DNA from: Dudresnaya verticillata
Taxonomy: Eukaryota
NCBI GenBank assembly: GCA_977862235.1
Contig: OZ374558.1
Location: 806,001 to 870,000 of the forward strand
Direction of reading: 5' to 3'
Length of the DNA stretch: 64,000 nucleotides
Position numbers and translations under genes: made by a program. Positions within the stretch are counted from its first letter, which is position 1, and every line of letters begins with the position of its first letter. This document shows, in pieces, positions 22,829-34,437 of this stretch. Under the pieces are notes generated by a model that did not search any database, was not told the origin of the DNA, and saw only the letters and a list, made by a program, of their open reading frames with translations.

Positions 22829-23682
22829 TGTGGTGCAAAACGTCTGTAGACGATGGACCGCCGAGCAGTTCGGGGCTCGGTGGGTAGCTGCGCCCTTGGC
22901 GAGGGGTGGTCCCGCCGTGGGCGACTTGGTGGTAGAGCAAAGGAACACGCCTTGGGCGGACTGTAGACGCCCGAGGCGGAAGGTGTGAAGGAAGGGAAAA
23001 GGAAACAGAAAGGAACAAAAGGAAAGCACGTCAAGGACGGGTAGAGACGTGGAAGCACGGGAGGTAGACGCTTAGCCGTAGGCAGCGGTAGGGTACGCGC
23101 GAGCGGAACGGGGAAGTCTGGACCAAGACCGGCTTGTCCGGGGTTTACTCAGCGTCGTAGACGGATTACCCAATATACTACGTGAGCGACGGCGGTAGGC
23201 GCGGTGCGCGGGAACTCAGGACGCGTGTCACGTCGTCGAGCGTCTGACACGTCGTCGTCGCCATGCAGCCGCGCGCGCGGGAGCTCAGGAGTAGCTTACA
23301 GGCGCATGCGTGTAGCGTTGCGGGTGATCCGGATTCGGATCCAGATCCCGGCCAGCATTGCTGGCGCGCGGCCCTTACAGGCGCGCTCCTTACATCACTG
23401 TGGATCCGGATGCCGGATCTCGAAGTTCCATCCGGATCCGATCCGGATCCGGGCCAAGCTTACAGGCAGGTGCCTTGCGCCCGGCCGATCGGGATCGTGC
23501 ATCCGGACCTGGCCGTACAGTGGGCGCGTGCGCCGCGCCACGCGGGGTAACGGCGGCCGTATGCCCGTGGGCCAATCGTCCATGACGTGTTCGCGCGCCA
23601 ACGGTGGTTGATGTGCCATCGGTAGACGATGGCATATAATACGCTCACAGCGAAAAAGGGGCAGCCCTCACCTTGCACCACA
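22829..23682 (-). repeat. 5' LTR of element 2 (854 bp)
   Basis: Direct repeat of 10296-11148 with the same TG..CA inverted ends. Confidence 0.96.
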
Positions 23683-24104
23683 TCAACGCTGGGCGCCGTT
23701 GTGCAACGGTGAGAACCGCAGTGTGGATGATGAAATCGCTCAAGCGGGGCGGATGCGATGAGAGAAGAGCCGGGCGGTCAGGTGAAGAGCGACGGCTGTT
23801 GAGGGGTGTGGGCACCGAAAGCGAGAAGACGGCTGCAAGCCGGCGTTGAAATAACCGCGCGCCCGTCTGACGTTTCGCGCAATCGGTACCGGTCGAGCCG
23901 ACGCCGACGGTTCAAGCCGTGCACACAGTGACCTGCCGCCTCGTCGAGACGGGGCGCTGGGAGGCGTTTGCAAAACGTTCGCGCTGGGCCAATGAACGGA
24001 CCACAGGATCTCAATCTCAATCTCAAACGGCTATAGCCTTTGGAAACAGCATCGCTGTAAAGCTCCTTACTGAGCGCGGTCGCTCAGTTTTAAGAAGGGG
24101 GCCG

Positions 24105-25107
24105 TGTGGTATAATGAGCGCTGGTGCGCTGTAAGGAGCCACGTGTACACGCGACGCCTGTAAGGCGTGGGATACAGGAGTGAGATGGCTGCTCACCATT
24201 GGACAATTGACTACGTGAGCACGATGCGCGCTGAGTGGTGGATATGCGCCATGATGGCACGTCTATTTTGGGCGTGGCGCCTTACAATGGCGCCGTACGT
24301 ACGGAAGCGGTATGATCGCTCATTCCTATTTTTAATCGCTAGTGTAACTGTTAGTGTACAGTATTAGCTCATTGTTAGCATTATATCTCTAACTGAGCGG
24401 GTAGTACCTTTTCGGCTCCCGCCGTATTTATTAGGCCCCTGAGTAGCAGGGGCCCCGCACTAAATGAGCAGCGGTGTGTGCCTTGGGTTTTTCCCCTTTG
24501 TTGGACTCTCACGGTATCACCGCTACAACCCCCTTTAGGAGTTTACAAGCCGTGCTACCTACGACGACTGCTCTAAGCAGTACGGTTCGCCTTCCCCTTT
24601 CCCCCTCTTTTGCAGGGCTTACCGCCCTCTCAAGTCTCTACCACCCCTTTTGGAGCTACCAACCACGCGAGTGGGATCACGCTTTCAGGACAGCTGTCGT
24701 GCTGTGTGGCCGTCTACTCTGGCTTGAAAGCCATTCTATTGCAGGTACAAGGAACCACTTCAGCGCGAGTGGTCTCAGGGCTGTATGGCAGCCAAAGATC
24801 GCGGTTTGCCTATTTCCATGGGAGGAGCCAGAACCCGATGCAACGTCGGGAGGGAGCCAGATGCAGAGACCGAGGAGCGAAACCGGTAAGATGTGCGAGA
24901 GACTGAGGGCTTTGTTCCTCAGGCGATGCTACTATGAAAGAAGGCGTATCGTCTTTAGTTGTATGTCCCCCTTCCTCCCCTTTTTCCCGCGGTACAGTAC
25001 TACCCAAGTACTCGACCCTTCCTCGGTCGCCGGTGTTCTCTCGCGAGCTCCCCTGCGAGCTCCCTAGAACATCTTACAGTGAACGACCCTAATTTCTACG
25101 CCTTACA
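24105..25107 (+). repeat. Probable LTR of another family (boundaries uncertain)
   Basis: PPT-like AAGAAGGGGGCCG before TGTGG at 24105; inverted pair TGTAAGGCGT (24159)/ACGCCTTACA (25107); LTR-like AT then CT-rich composition; no TSD found. Confidence 0.4.
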
Positions 25108-25746
25108 GTGCTGCCAGTGCTCTAATCCTGTCATTTCTTGTGCGTCTCACAATAATACTGTAATGCTACTGTAGGCCTAATCCGAATGGCTCAGTTGGAA
25201 GAACCTTGGCGTGACCGTGACCTGCAGCGTGACGAAGGAAAGGTTCTGATGGGGCTGAGCTTACATACTTGATATAGCCGCCAATAACGAACAATAACAT
25301 GGCCATCACCATCACCACCGTGCACGCGCCAGCCGGGCTGGTGACGGGTGGCACAGTGTGGAGCAGCGTGCAGAAGGCCTGCTTTTAATTTGCTTTTGAG
25401 ACACCAAAAAGCATCCCTCGAGTGCACCCCTACGATTTTCCGTATTGGAACGAGGATCGCAATCGACTGCAGTCCTAGGACTTCGACTGCAGTCCAAGCA
25501 CACAACGATGCGTCTCATTGGCGCCGACCTTTATTGTGAATATACGTAGAGACTTTTCATGTATCGTGGCCGAGCACGTCTAAAGGTTCCTGCAGGATCG
25601 CAACACTTCAGTTTCAGGGTGTTGAGGTTGTGGTACGGTCTGGAAGAGAAGCACCCTTGCTTCAGCCGTTCACTCTCACCCCGTTGGACCGAGCTACCAA
25701 AGACACGGACGCACTCCTATATCCGGTTGACCGTGCTACCTGAACA

Positions 25747-27261
25747 ATGTACTCGTACATTGCGAGTTTCATTGCGAGTCTCATTGCCGTTACCTTGGCG
25801 TACACGGTGTATTGGAGGAAAGACAGAAGCGTACCTTCCGTTAGTATTCTCGAATTTCTACCAAATGGTCTTCTTCATCCGCTTCTTGCCGACCCACTGT
25901 CCTTCCGTCGTATAATGAATGAGCTCGCCGACCGCATGGGCCCCGTGTTTTACACATGGATTGGTATGGAACATGTCCTCTTCACTTCCAACGCAGAAGA
26001 CATTGCCTATGCGACATCATCGAATGACTTCAAGCGTCCCAACATGATCCTCAGGGTGTTTGGGTATCTCGTTCCCGGTGGGCTAGTCACAATGTCTCCA
26101 GACCTGCATCGTGCCCTCCGAAAGACCATGATGGAAAATATGAGCAATCGCGTTCTCCGCTCGTTCCAAGTCAAGATGAATGAATGTGTATCCGAACTTT
26201 GCAATAATCTCCGAAAGTCGTCACAGAACCCGAACCGAGATGAATCCAAAGAGATTGTTGACCTCACCGACACTCTTGCACATACAACATTCCGATTTGT
26301 GACTGATATTGCACTAGGAACAAATATGTCACCCGAACAACAGAAGGTGTTTTCCCAATCTGTTGATGCTGTTTTTGATGAGTTCATGAAGGAAATGCTT
26401 GGCTATCCATTTCGCCAGTTGCTTGGCTTTACAGGGATTCGAAAAAAGTTCTTTGCCAGTAAGAAGAAAATGTACGATATATGTGATGTAATCATTGCAA
26501 AGCGGGGCTTCTCTGCGAAGGCGAGGAAGTACAACCCGAATCCTCAGGACTATCTAGATGTTCTTTTGAACCTTGATTCAGTGGACCACAATAGACTTAG
26601 ATCACTGATTGTCGAGTTTATGATGGCAGGCGTTCACGCGCCTAACCAAGTTGTTTCTTGGTCAATCTACGAAACATGTTGCAATGAACGTGTGGTCCTG
26701 GAAATAGAGAAAGAGCTGGAGAAGGTAGTTGGGGGCAAACCACGGGATGAACCTTTGACATACGATGAGCTATCGCAACTTGAGTACATTAGAAGGGTCT
26801 GGAAAGAAACGTTACGCGTGCACGCTGTTGCGAACGTAGTCACCAGAGTAGCCACTTCGAACGTAACGCTGAGAGGAAGCGGGGTTCGTATTCCCAAGGG
26901 TGGAAAGGTAGTTGCATTTGTGCCCCGCCTTCATGTGGATCCAGCCGTGTGGACGGACCCTGAAGAGTTCAAACCGGAGCGATGGGAAGATATCGAAGAC
27001 TTCCGAAAAGGGAACCGGGCTACGAGAGCATACTTCCCGTATGGTTCTGGAAGGGTCAGTTGTGCAGGTCGGGCTTTCGCAGAATACGAAGGCCCTCTTA
27101 TTTTGGCTGAGTTGCATAGGAGGTTTCGGTTCTCACTCGCGTGTCTTCCAGAAGAAGTCATTAGTTGCAGTGGACTTGTTGAGACCCCAAGATATTCTAG
27201 TAAGAAGGACGGTGTATTCGACATGGGCGTTCCTGTGACGGTAACATCGAGGGGACGTTAA
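25747..27261 (+). CDS. Cytochrome P450, ER-anchored, intronless (504 aa)
   Basis: N-terminal TM anchor, KETLR (ExxR), FKPERW, heme motif YFPYGSGRVSCAG. Confidence 0.95.
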   Translation: MYSYIASFIASLIAVTLAYTVYWRKDRSVPSVSILEFLPNGLLHPLLADPLSFRRIMNELADRMGPVFYTWIGMEHVLFTSNAEDIAYATSSNDFKRPNMILRVFGYLVPGGLVTMSPDLHRALRKTMMENMSNRVLRSFQVKMNECVSELCNNLRKSSQNPNRDESKEIVDLTDTLAHTTFRFVTDIALGTNMSPEQQKVFSQSVDAVFDEFMKEMLGYPFRQLLGFTGIRKKFFASKKKMYDICDVIIAKRGFSAKARKYNPNPQDYLDVLLNLDSVDHNRLRSLIVEFMMAGVHAPNQVVSWSIYETCCNERVVLEIEKELEKVVGGKPRDEPLTYDELSQLEYIRRVWKETLRVHAVANVVTRVATSNVTLRGSGVRIPKGGKVVAFVPRLHVDPAVWTDPEEFKPERWEDIEDFRKGNRATRAYFPYGSGRVSCAGRAFAEYEGPLILAELHRRFRFSLACLPEEVISCSGLVETPRYSSKKDGVFDMGVPVTVTSRGR

Positions 27262-28957
27262 CGTTTACACAACGTGAATTTTGTGCATATGTTCCGTAGC
27301 TAACTACGGCTCAGTACAGTAGTGTATATCTGGGAGAAGTGCAATCCGAGAGCGGCAGTTTTGCGGATACGGAATAGCCTGTTCATGGCCACACGTGAGT
27401 GATAGACTTTGCGCCAGGACCACAGAATTATAATATTTGCACCACGTTTTCTTACATCTTTTTCCTACGTCTTCAGATTTCAGTGCGTGGCACTTAGTGT
27501 TAACCGGCGCAATCTTTCGCGTCCGGAAACCGAGTAGGCCTGCTTAAGCCCCATTCTGGGGTAGCTGTTTGACACATCGTAACCGCACGCATCATCATCA
27601 GGATTATAATCAGCTCAGTGTCTTCAAATTCCACTGAGCTAAGAGCTCTGGCATCTGTGGACAGAGGAATTCCACAGGACTTAAACCCGGATAGTTACCA
27701 AACTCGTGCCTTGACGTCTCTGCATCCGCGTTAATTATGTTGCCTTTCTCAATTACTCTCACATTTCAGACCCCGAAGAAGGTGTACTCTGTTAGTCACA
27801 CTTTAAATCAAGTGAATAGACCTTTCATTAACTTACATCATTTCCAAATGGGCAGCCTGTTGCAAACAACCTTATGTACTATACTTACCTTACGCACTTG
27901 ACCTTTCCCGTCTCTCCAAGCCTCCAAACCAACAATATGCCTAGACAACGAACTGTACATCCTTTTTGCTTTCAGAATAAAGGTTCCCGTCTGCTGCTCT
28001 TTAAGACAGAAGCAAAAGAATCGCTTCATATACCCTTGCTATTTATAGCAATCAAAAGGAGATGCCCTCCAACAAGTAGGGCGCATCTTTTGTTTCGAAG
28101 GAAAGAATAGGTCCTTGAGAGCTCCGGGAGATGACCACGTCACATTTTGTATGAATTCGTCAGGTTTCCATTAGTGCCTAGCATTCGATCGTGATTCCAC
28201 CCGTCCCAGAAGCTGGCCGTGAATGAAGAATATTTCCAGATTTCTATCGCCCGGCTCCCCGCCCGTGTAACGCTGCTCGTCTTGCGTCAATAAAGTTGTG
28301 ATGATGACCCGTGTAATACCTGTAAATGAAGCCGCGTTCCAAAATCCCTGCTCATGTATTCCAATGCCGTCGTTACAGAAAAGAGCGCATAAAGCTGATC
28401 TGTGAAGATTGCGAGGTGATAGACTTATTACATACGAGGATCAGTTTGAGAAATCTGGGAAGTAGGCCATCTTGATTTGATGACACACAGCACAACATCT
28501 GATGTGACCGAAATGGCAAATGAATATATACACAGTACGAAACTGTTCGATAGACACAGTGCGATCACGCGGGTCCTTGCGTGCAAGAATCAAAGACTGC
28601 GGGCTTGCTTGAAATACCGCTGCTACATGAGCGAATAGAATTGAAAGCCACTTGATACTCAACTGGTTTCACGGAAAGCCCAGTATTCAAGCCCAAGTCA
28701 GAGCACGTAGAAGAGTGGCTTTACTGGGCAATCTAGTGAGAACTGATGCATCGAAGAGAAACCTTCGCGACAATCTAAACGGAGCCATGGCGACGCTAAT
28801 ACATTCCCCATATCATATGGCCTCGCGGAAGATGATTAGAAAGATTGCAATGTGGGAAAGAAATGAAAGCTTTATTGTTATAGCCTCATGGTACAGACCG
28901 ATGATAAAATTAGCTAATAAAGAGAACACGAGACACAAGGGTTCGCAGAATCTGAAC

Positions 28958-29103
28958 TGGAGTATCTCTTTATTCGGAAGATTCACGAGAATCCCCCTTA
29001 AGGGGCTTACGTGATAGCATTTCTAACTCGGCGGTTGAGAAGCTTACGCCGGTTAACGGCCATCGCTACGTACTGAAGCACTGAGATGAGAAGTGTGAGC
29101 AGG
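28958..29103 (-). mobile_element. Short 3' fragment of an RLE-type (CRE-like) non-LTR retrotransposon
   Basis: Encodes SLLTLLISVLQYVAMAVNRRKLL..*, then TAAGCCCCTTAAGGGG hairpin and AATAAA; flanked by GAATCTGAAC at 28948 and 29104. Confidence 0.65.
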
Positions 29104-29113
29104 GAATCTGAAC

Positions 29114-30190
29114 AGATGGAGACCTTTATGCAGAGGAAAAACTACGGCCTCGTAAGGGGGCTTACTTAAAACTCATCTGAAAGGCGACGGTCGACGAGTA
29201 AACGGCAGTTAACAGCCACCGTGACAGATTGAAGTACAAGAGAGGTGAGGTGGGTGAGAAGAGATAGTTTCTCAGATATCGCCGAAGTACCCTTAGCTAG
29301 GAAATTCGCCACGCGTTGAGCGCCTCGATCGAACCCAGAACCAATGGCACCATAGATGCCCATCACCATAGGATGGAGGTCTATTCGGTTGGTAGAACAT
29401 AAGCGACGATAATGACGGGCTTTTGCTTGCTCGCGGCGGTGAATAGCTTGATGTTGAGAGCGAGGCGTGTTGGACATTGTAGTTGGATGATGCGGGCTCA
29501 CCACAGAGACTTCAAACGCTTGCGGGAGGGGGACAAACGCCGGGTCATCGATATAGAGATCCATACACGAAGATGGTCACGTCGGTCTTCTTCGAAACGG
29601 TCTTCAGCACGTTGTAACTGACGGGCGTCGCGACGCCTTTCTAAAACAGTGCCTGCAGAAGACGCCACAACTCGGGAAACCCCAGTCTCCTCTAGGTACG
29701 AAAATTTCCGTTCAAGCTGCAAAGTAACGCCATGTTTCCGAGCATTACTACGAAAGAAAGCCCCAAGTTGATTTCGGAGAGTATCATGGTGGCGAATGCT
29801 GCCATTTCCAGAACAGAAGACATTGGAATACCCCAAATGTATCAAAGGAAGGCAACTATTGGGCAGGCCAAGAAGCAGGGGGTTTGATCTAGAATGTTAG
29901 ACAGTGAGCTGAGAGCGGGAGCGCCAGATTGCTGTGTCTGCCATTGACTCTTTTCCATGGGCGATACTCTTGCTATCAATGATGGGAGTTAATCTTTTTC
30001 TGAAGGCAATGTCGCTTAAGGAGGAACGAGACACTTTATTGGAGAGTACATGTTTCTGTGGGTCACAAGCTTAATGATAGGCTACTTCAGAACCTTCGAT
30101 TCGTCCGCTCCGTTGGCTGCTCGTTCTTTGCTGGCGTAGTTCGTAAAGTGCGTGAGAAAACAATGAGTGTTAAGTTCGAGAGCTTCACAG
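29114..30190 (-). mobile_element. 5'-truncated, decayed RLE-type (CRE/R2-like) non-LTR retrotransposon: restriction-like endonuclease region
   Basis: H..C.G.G.IRHHD, R.D, EVSVVSP, REQAKARHY, P.VMGIYGAIG motifs across ORFs 29498..29845 and 29166..29564. Confidence 0.7.
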
Positions 30191-30200
30191 GAGTCTTAAG

Positions 30201-30430
30201 AATAGAGAGAGAGAGAGAGACCTTTATTAAAGAACAAGAGAGAAGCCCCTTAAGGGGGCTTAGGATTCAGAGCTACCATAAAGAGGCGGAGGAGCAAGCT
30301 TGCGGCGGTTGACACTCACCGCGACGCATTGGAGAACTAAAGAGAGTAAACGAGTAGTGAGGCGAAGTTTCTCCGTAGACGAATAAACGTCGGGATGAAA
30401 AGCGTGTTTTATGCGATAAGCGGGTCTATT
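30201..30430 (-). mobile_element. Third 3' fragment of the same RLE non-LTR family, with (TC)n tail
   Basis: Encodes STEKLRLTTRLLSLVLQCVAVSVNRRKL..*, then TAAGCCCCCTTAAGGGGC, AATAAAGG and a TC repeat. Confidence 0.65.
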
Positions 30431-31147
30431 AATGATTCCGCTGTCATGTCCCTGTTATAAGGTTGGAGTAGTGTATTCTTCTCTCTCGTGGCGCCTTGCT
30501 GGATGGGGCGAGGGCACCGTCACCCCCGAGAGGGGGGCCTTTGTGCAAAGTTGTGCGACCCAGGGGCCTGTGGTCAGAATGCAGTATTCCTCATCAGTAT
30601 TCCTCATCACTGCATCTGTAATTGGAGAGCGTGGGGAGTTCAGTCATCTCAAAGGACCAGCCGCGGTCGCAGTGAAGGGGGGGGGGGGGTTCAGGGGCAA
30701 AGGTATGCCCTTGTTTAAATATTCGCGTAGCACATGGTTAGCGCAGTCGCTGGTGGATGTTGTGTGTGATGCATGGTTTACGCCTGTAGCCGCCAAGCGA
30801 GTGTCAAAGTGTTCACACAGTTCTCGGTACCAACGAATAGCCCCCGTGCTTGCACACAGTGATTGTGATTGCAGTCGTCAGTCCGGCTCATCCCGAGACG
30901 CCGAAACCGCCTTGCTGCACTTCGAGTTCCTATCTGGCTAATACCGTAGCGCGGTGTATCTGCTCGCACTGTAGCCATCTGCGATACTCCATGATTGCGG
31001 AAGCGGCCGCGGACAAATATCTCGTGTGGGTGTAAGATCCAAAGGCAGCTTTATACATTCATGCACCCGCTCTTTCGCGCCCCACCGCCCCATCCACTTC
31101 CACTTCCCCGCGCTCGCACCGGCATCGCAAGCGCCCCGCCCCGCGCG

Positions 31148-32152
31148 ATGGTGCGCGCTAGCCTGCAAGATCGCCACCTGGCGAACAGCATGTTAGCCTT
31201 CCTGGTGAACGAGCTAGCGCTGCGCGTGATCCGCGTGATGCCTTCCGTGGTGCTGCTGATGCTGGTCAGGGGCAAGTCTGTGTGGGGCCCGTTCACGGAG
31301 GGCCGCCACAGAAGCTTCCGCATCTTCCGCTCCGTCGTGCGCCGCCTCACATTCACCACTGTCGCCCTCATGTTCTGGTTCCCGTCCGCCATGGTCCTCG
31401 CAGAAGTCCTCGGCAAGTACGAGGCCCTCGCCTTTCTTGCCGCCGTCACCGCGTACATTCTTCGTTCCGAGGCGGTCTCCCATGCCGAACCTGCTGTGGA
31501 TTACAGAGCTCGAGGCGAAGTTCTTGAACGTGCTCCTCAAAATGTCGCTGTTGTACTTGACGAGAAAGAAATGTTCTCGGAGCAAGAGCACATTGGCGCG
31601 CGTGGCGCACACGATGAGGACGTGGAGGAGAAAACGAGGCCCGTCCGAACGTCAATGCTTGGCTTGGCGGTGGGATATGCCATCGTGTTCGGCATTAGCT
31701 TGTACTTCAGCATCTTCGGCTTGGACGTGCTTAACACGCCGGGAGAGCTGAAGGAACTGTTGGACAAGAGCGAGAGCAGCAATCTCCGATTCGACGCTTA
31801 CTTTTTTAAAGTTCTGTTGATAGTCTTCTCTACCTTGTACAAGAGCATCTTTTCCGGGCTCTGGAAGCAGATTCTTGCTTTCATCGTCCATGTGGGGTAT
31901 GCAGCCATTCTTTGGTATGCGTGGAATGCATCGACGCCGAAGGATAGCTTGCTACATGTTGGCTATCTCAGTACTGAAGTCTGGAGTGCAAGGCATCTAT
32001 GCTTCACTCTTCTCGTTATGTCTATTTGTATGCAGCACTCACTCACTACCAGGATCCCCACTCTTGAACAATTTGGGATTGTGGGTGCTAATGAAGGTTT
32101 CATGGACAAAGCACTTGATATATCAGTACACACGCGTGTTGCATCAGTGTGA
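31148..32152 (+). CDS. Multi-pass membrane protein of unknown function (start could be 31060)
   Basis: Long ORF with coding-like codon bias and several hydrophobic helices in two blocks separated by an acidic loop. Confidence 0.7.
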   Translation: MVRASLQDRHLANSMLAFLVNELALRVIRVMPSVVLLMLVRGKSVWGPFTEGRHRSFRIFRSVVRRLTFTTVALMFWFPSAMVLAEVLGKYEALAFLAAVTAYILRSEAVSHAEPAVDYRARGEVLERAPQNVAVVLDEKEMFSEQEHIGARGAHDEDVEEKTRPVRTSMLGLAVGYAIVFGISLYFSIFGLDVLNTPGELKELLDKSESSNLRFDAYFFKVLLIVFSTLYKSIFSGLWKQILAFIVHVGYAAILWYAWNASTPKDSLLHVGYLSTEVWSARHLCFTLLVMSICMQHSLTTRIPTLEQFGIVGANEGFMDKALDISVHTRVASV

Positions 32153-34437
32153 TCCGCAGGTGCTTCAGGGACACCCAGAATTTCGTCCAGGACGCTCTTA
32201 TCGATGTTGCATCTCAATAACAGAAACACGGTGAGCATTCCTTCTTCTTCATGTCCAAATTGATGACTCAGTCGAGCTAGGGGACATGCGAGGCACAGTG
32301 CGACATACAATAGATTCTCAAAGCCTGAACATTGGGGTCACCATGAGAGCTGCGTAGCTGACATCGTTGGCTTCGTAAAAAGACCCGAAGTTGGCGAAAG
32401 CGTAAGTGTTGTGTCGGAGGGCTTTGGGACTTGCCCGTACGACACAAGCATATCTTCAAGGGCGCGAGGCAGATGAAGGTGATTTTCAGGCCAAGTGGGT
32501 AGCCTTGTTGTTGGTTGTGGGTTAGAATGCCATTATGGCGAGATAGAATCAGCAAGCTGCACTCGCTTGTGAAATGCGCGAGGATAGGCGAGAGATGCGT
32601 TGGTTTGTGCGGCTGTGAAAGTTGTGATGATGATGATGTGGAAGGAGGTGCTGTGCGCAACGATCGCCCATTGGCAAGTATACCGAAGGGAGTGCAGCTT
32701 GTGGAAGCTATTGCGTTCGCCTAAGTACAGTACTACAAACTGTCATTCTGTGGGGGGAAGGGCGGAGGCCTCAGCGCATAGCCCAAGAGTCAGGGTATGA
32801 CCTTGTTGCAGAGTGCGATGGTGGCTGCTGGAAAAGGACCAACATGGTGATACGGAGACGAGCCTAAGTTTGTAGTTGCAGTAGTGTAGCTAGAGCAGAT
32901 AGGATTGGACCAACAGGCGCTGCACACCAAGGCTCTGCGTACTCGACACACGAGGAAAGCGCTGCGGGCATCCATCCTCCCTGCAAGAAACAACAACCCC
33001 CCTGCTCTCTCTCAGCATTGAAGCCTCTCGCCAAGCTGCACATACCCGAAGAGCATACGTACGCACCCGCAAGCAGCGCAAACAAACGCAGCCATTGCGC
33101 GCATGGCGGCGGCGCCTGCGCGATTGGCTACGTGCGCCCGCGCGCAACGACGGGGCTGCCCGTGCCCCACGCACAGCGCGCCGCGCGTGTTGCTGCGCCG
33201 CGCCGCGGCTGCTTTCCGCGCGCGTTCAGACGTGTTGTCGTCGCGCGGTGCTGCTGTGCAGAAATCGAGCAGAGCTTGTGCTTGCGGGCTGGTTTTTTAG
33301 CGGCACAGATGTGCGCGGAGTGTGCCGTGTCGGGCTGTGTGGCTGTGACGGGGAATGCGACTGGCCAATAGTAGCGCAGTTTGTGGAGAGCGTCAGATTA
33401 GACGTCTCTGCGGATGTTATGCGCTTGCGTGTGGAGCCTGCAACCTGTTACGACTATGTAGTGATCCCAACAAGTTTGATTGCAGGCATCCCGTCATTCT
33501 ACGCACTGTAACACTAGCGAGTTAAGACGTGTGAGAAGGGAAACCTTCTTACTAGACGGAGAGGTACCCTTTTTCTCAGCCAGGAAATTCGCGATACGGT
33601 GAGCACCGCGACCGAACCCGTGACCAACAGCGCCATATATGTCCATAACCATCGGATGAAGTTTATGTACTTTGATTGCTGCACTTTACGGGTTTCATGG
33701 CTAGAAATGAAAGAGTTTGACATAATGCAACACTTGTTGCAAGGGAGAAGGATCTTTGGGAACATTCCAAAAAGTAAGTATCTTTTGAGAGGGGCTGGTA
33801 AGAACATTTATCGGCGCTGAGCAAGTGTTCGAATCGCTCGATAACACCTCTTGTGACGATCCGCGCTTGTACAAAGTAAAGAGATTCGCATGCTAACGCT
33901 CCGCAACCCGTTGCATCACCTTCCACGCTTGTGCCGCATGGGACAGGCTGTCCCTTTCACTTTACAGCGCTCAGCAGCGGCTTACAGCCTTCGTCCACAC
34001 TGTTGACGACGAGATGAGGTGCTGCGCGTCCCACTCCTCCCGCGCCTCGAAGTACAATTGTGGACACATTCCCTCTCTCATCCCTCGATCTAACCGACCG
34101 CAACAGCGCGCGCGTGCGCGTTCCGGGCTGCACAGATGGTCGCTCTTTGCTAAGATGTGGGATGACATTTCTGTATCGATACCAAAACCGCCTGCACGGA
34201 GCCCCCTCCTGCGAAGAATCAAAATCTCCCAACCCTCCGTTCACCAAATTTATCACATCTCCGTCCACCGCCATTCCCCATTTCGCCGAACAAGATCCCC
34301 ACTTGACTACCGCCGAGCAACCCACCTCCCCGTTCGTCTTCTTCCCCACGCCCCCAGCTTCCTCAATCGCCCACCCGAAACCCGAACTCTCCGCCTCAAC
34401 CACCCCCGAAACGCCCCACCCCCCGCACTCCCCAACC

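Larger units (their letters stand above)
10296..23682 (-). mobile_element. Ty3/Gypsy chromovirus LTR retrotransposon, element 2 (structurally complete, inactivated, no matching TSD)
   Basis: Two ~853-bp LTRs, PBS, gag, PR-RT-RH-IN-chromodomain order, antisense ORF, PPT. Confidence 0.96.

Noticed and set aside
24154..25112. Clean solo LTR with TSD at 24159-25107
   Set aside because: Inverted ends match but flanks ACGCC/GTGCT do not; kept only as a low-confidence LTR-like feature
27400..28940. Possible decayed minus-strand gene or TE
   Set aside because: Only short broken frames; no motif I can identify
32150..33000. Possible spliced minus-strand gene (CTAAC...AG branch/acceptor near 32503-32525)
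   Set aside because: Could not assemble a consistent open reading frame
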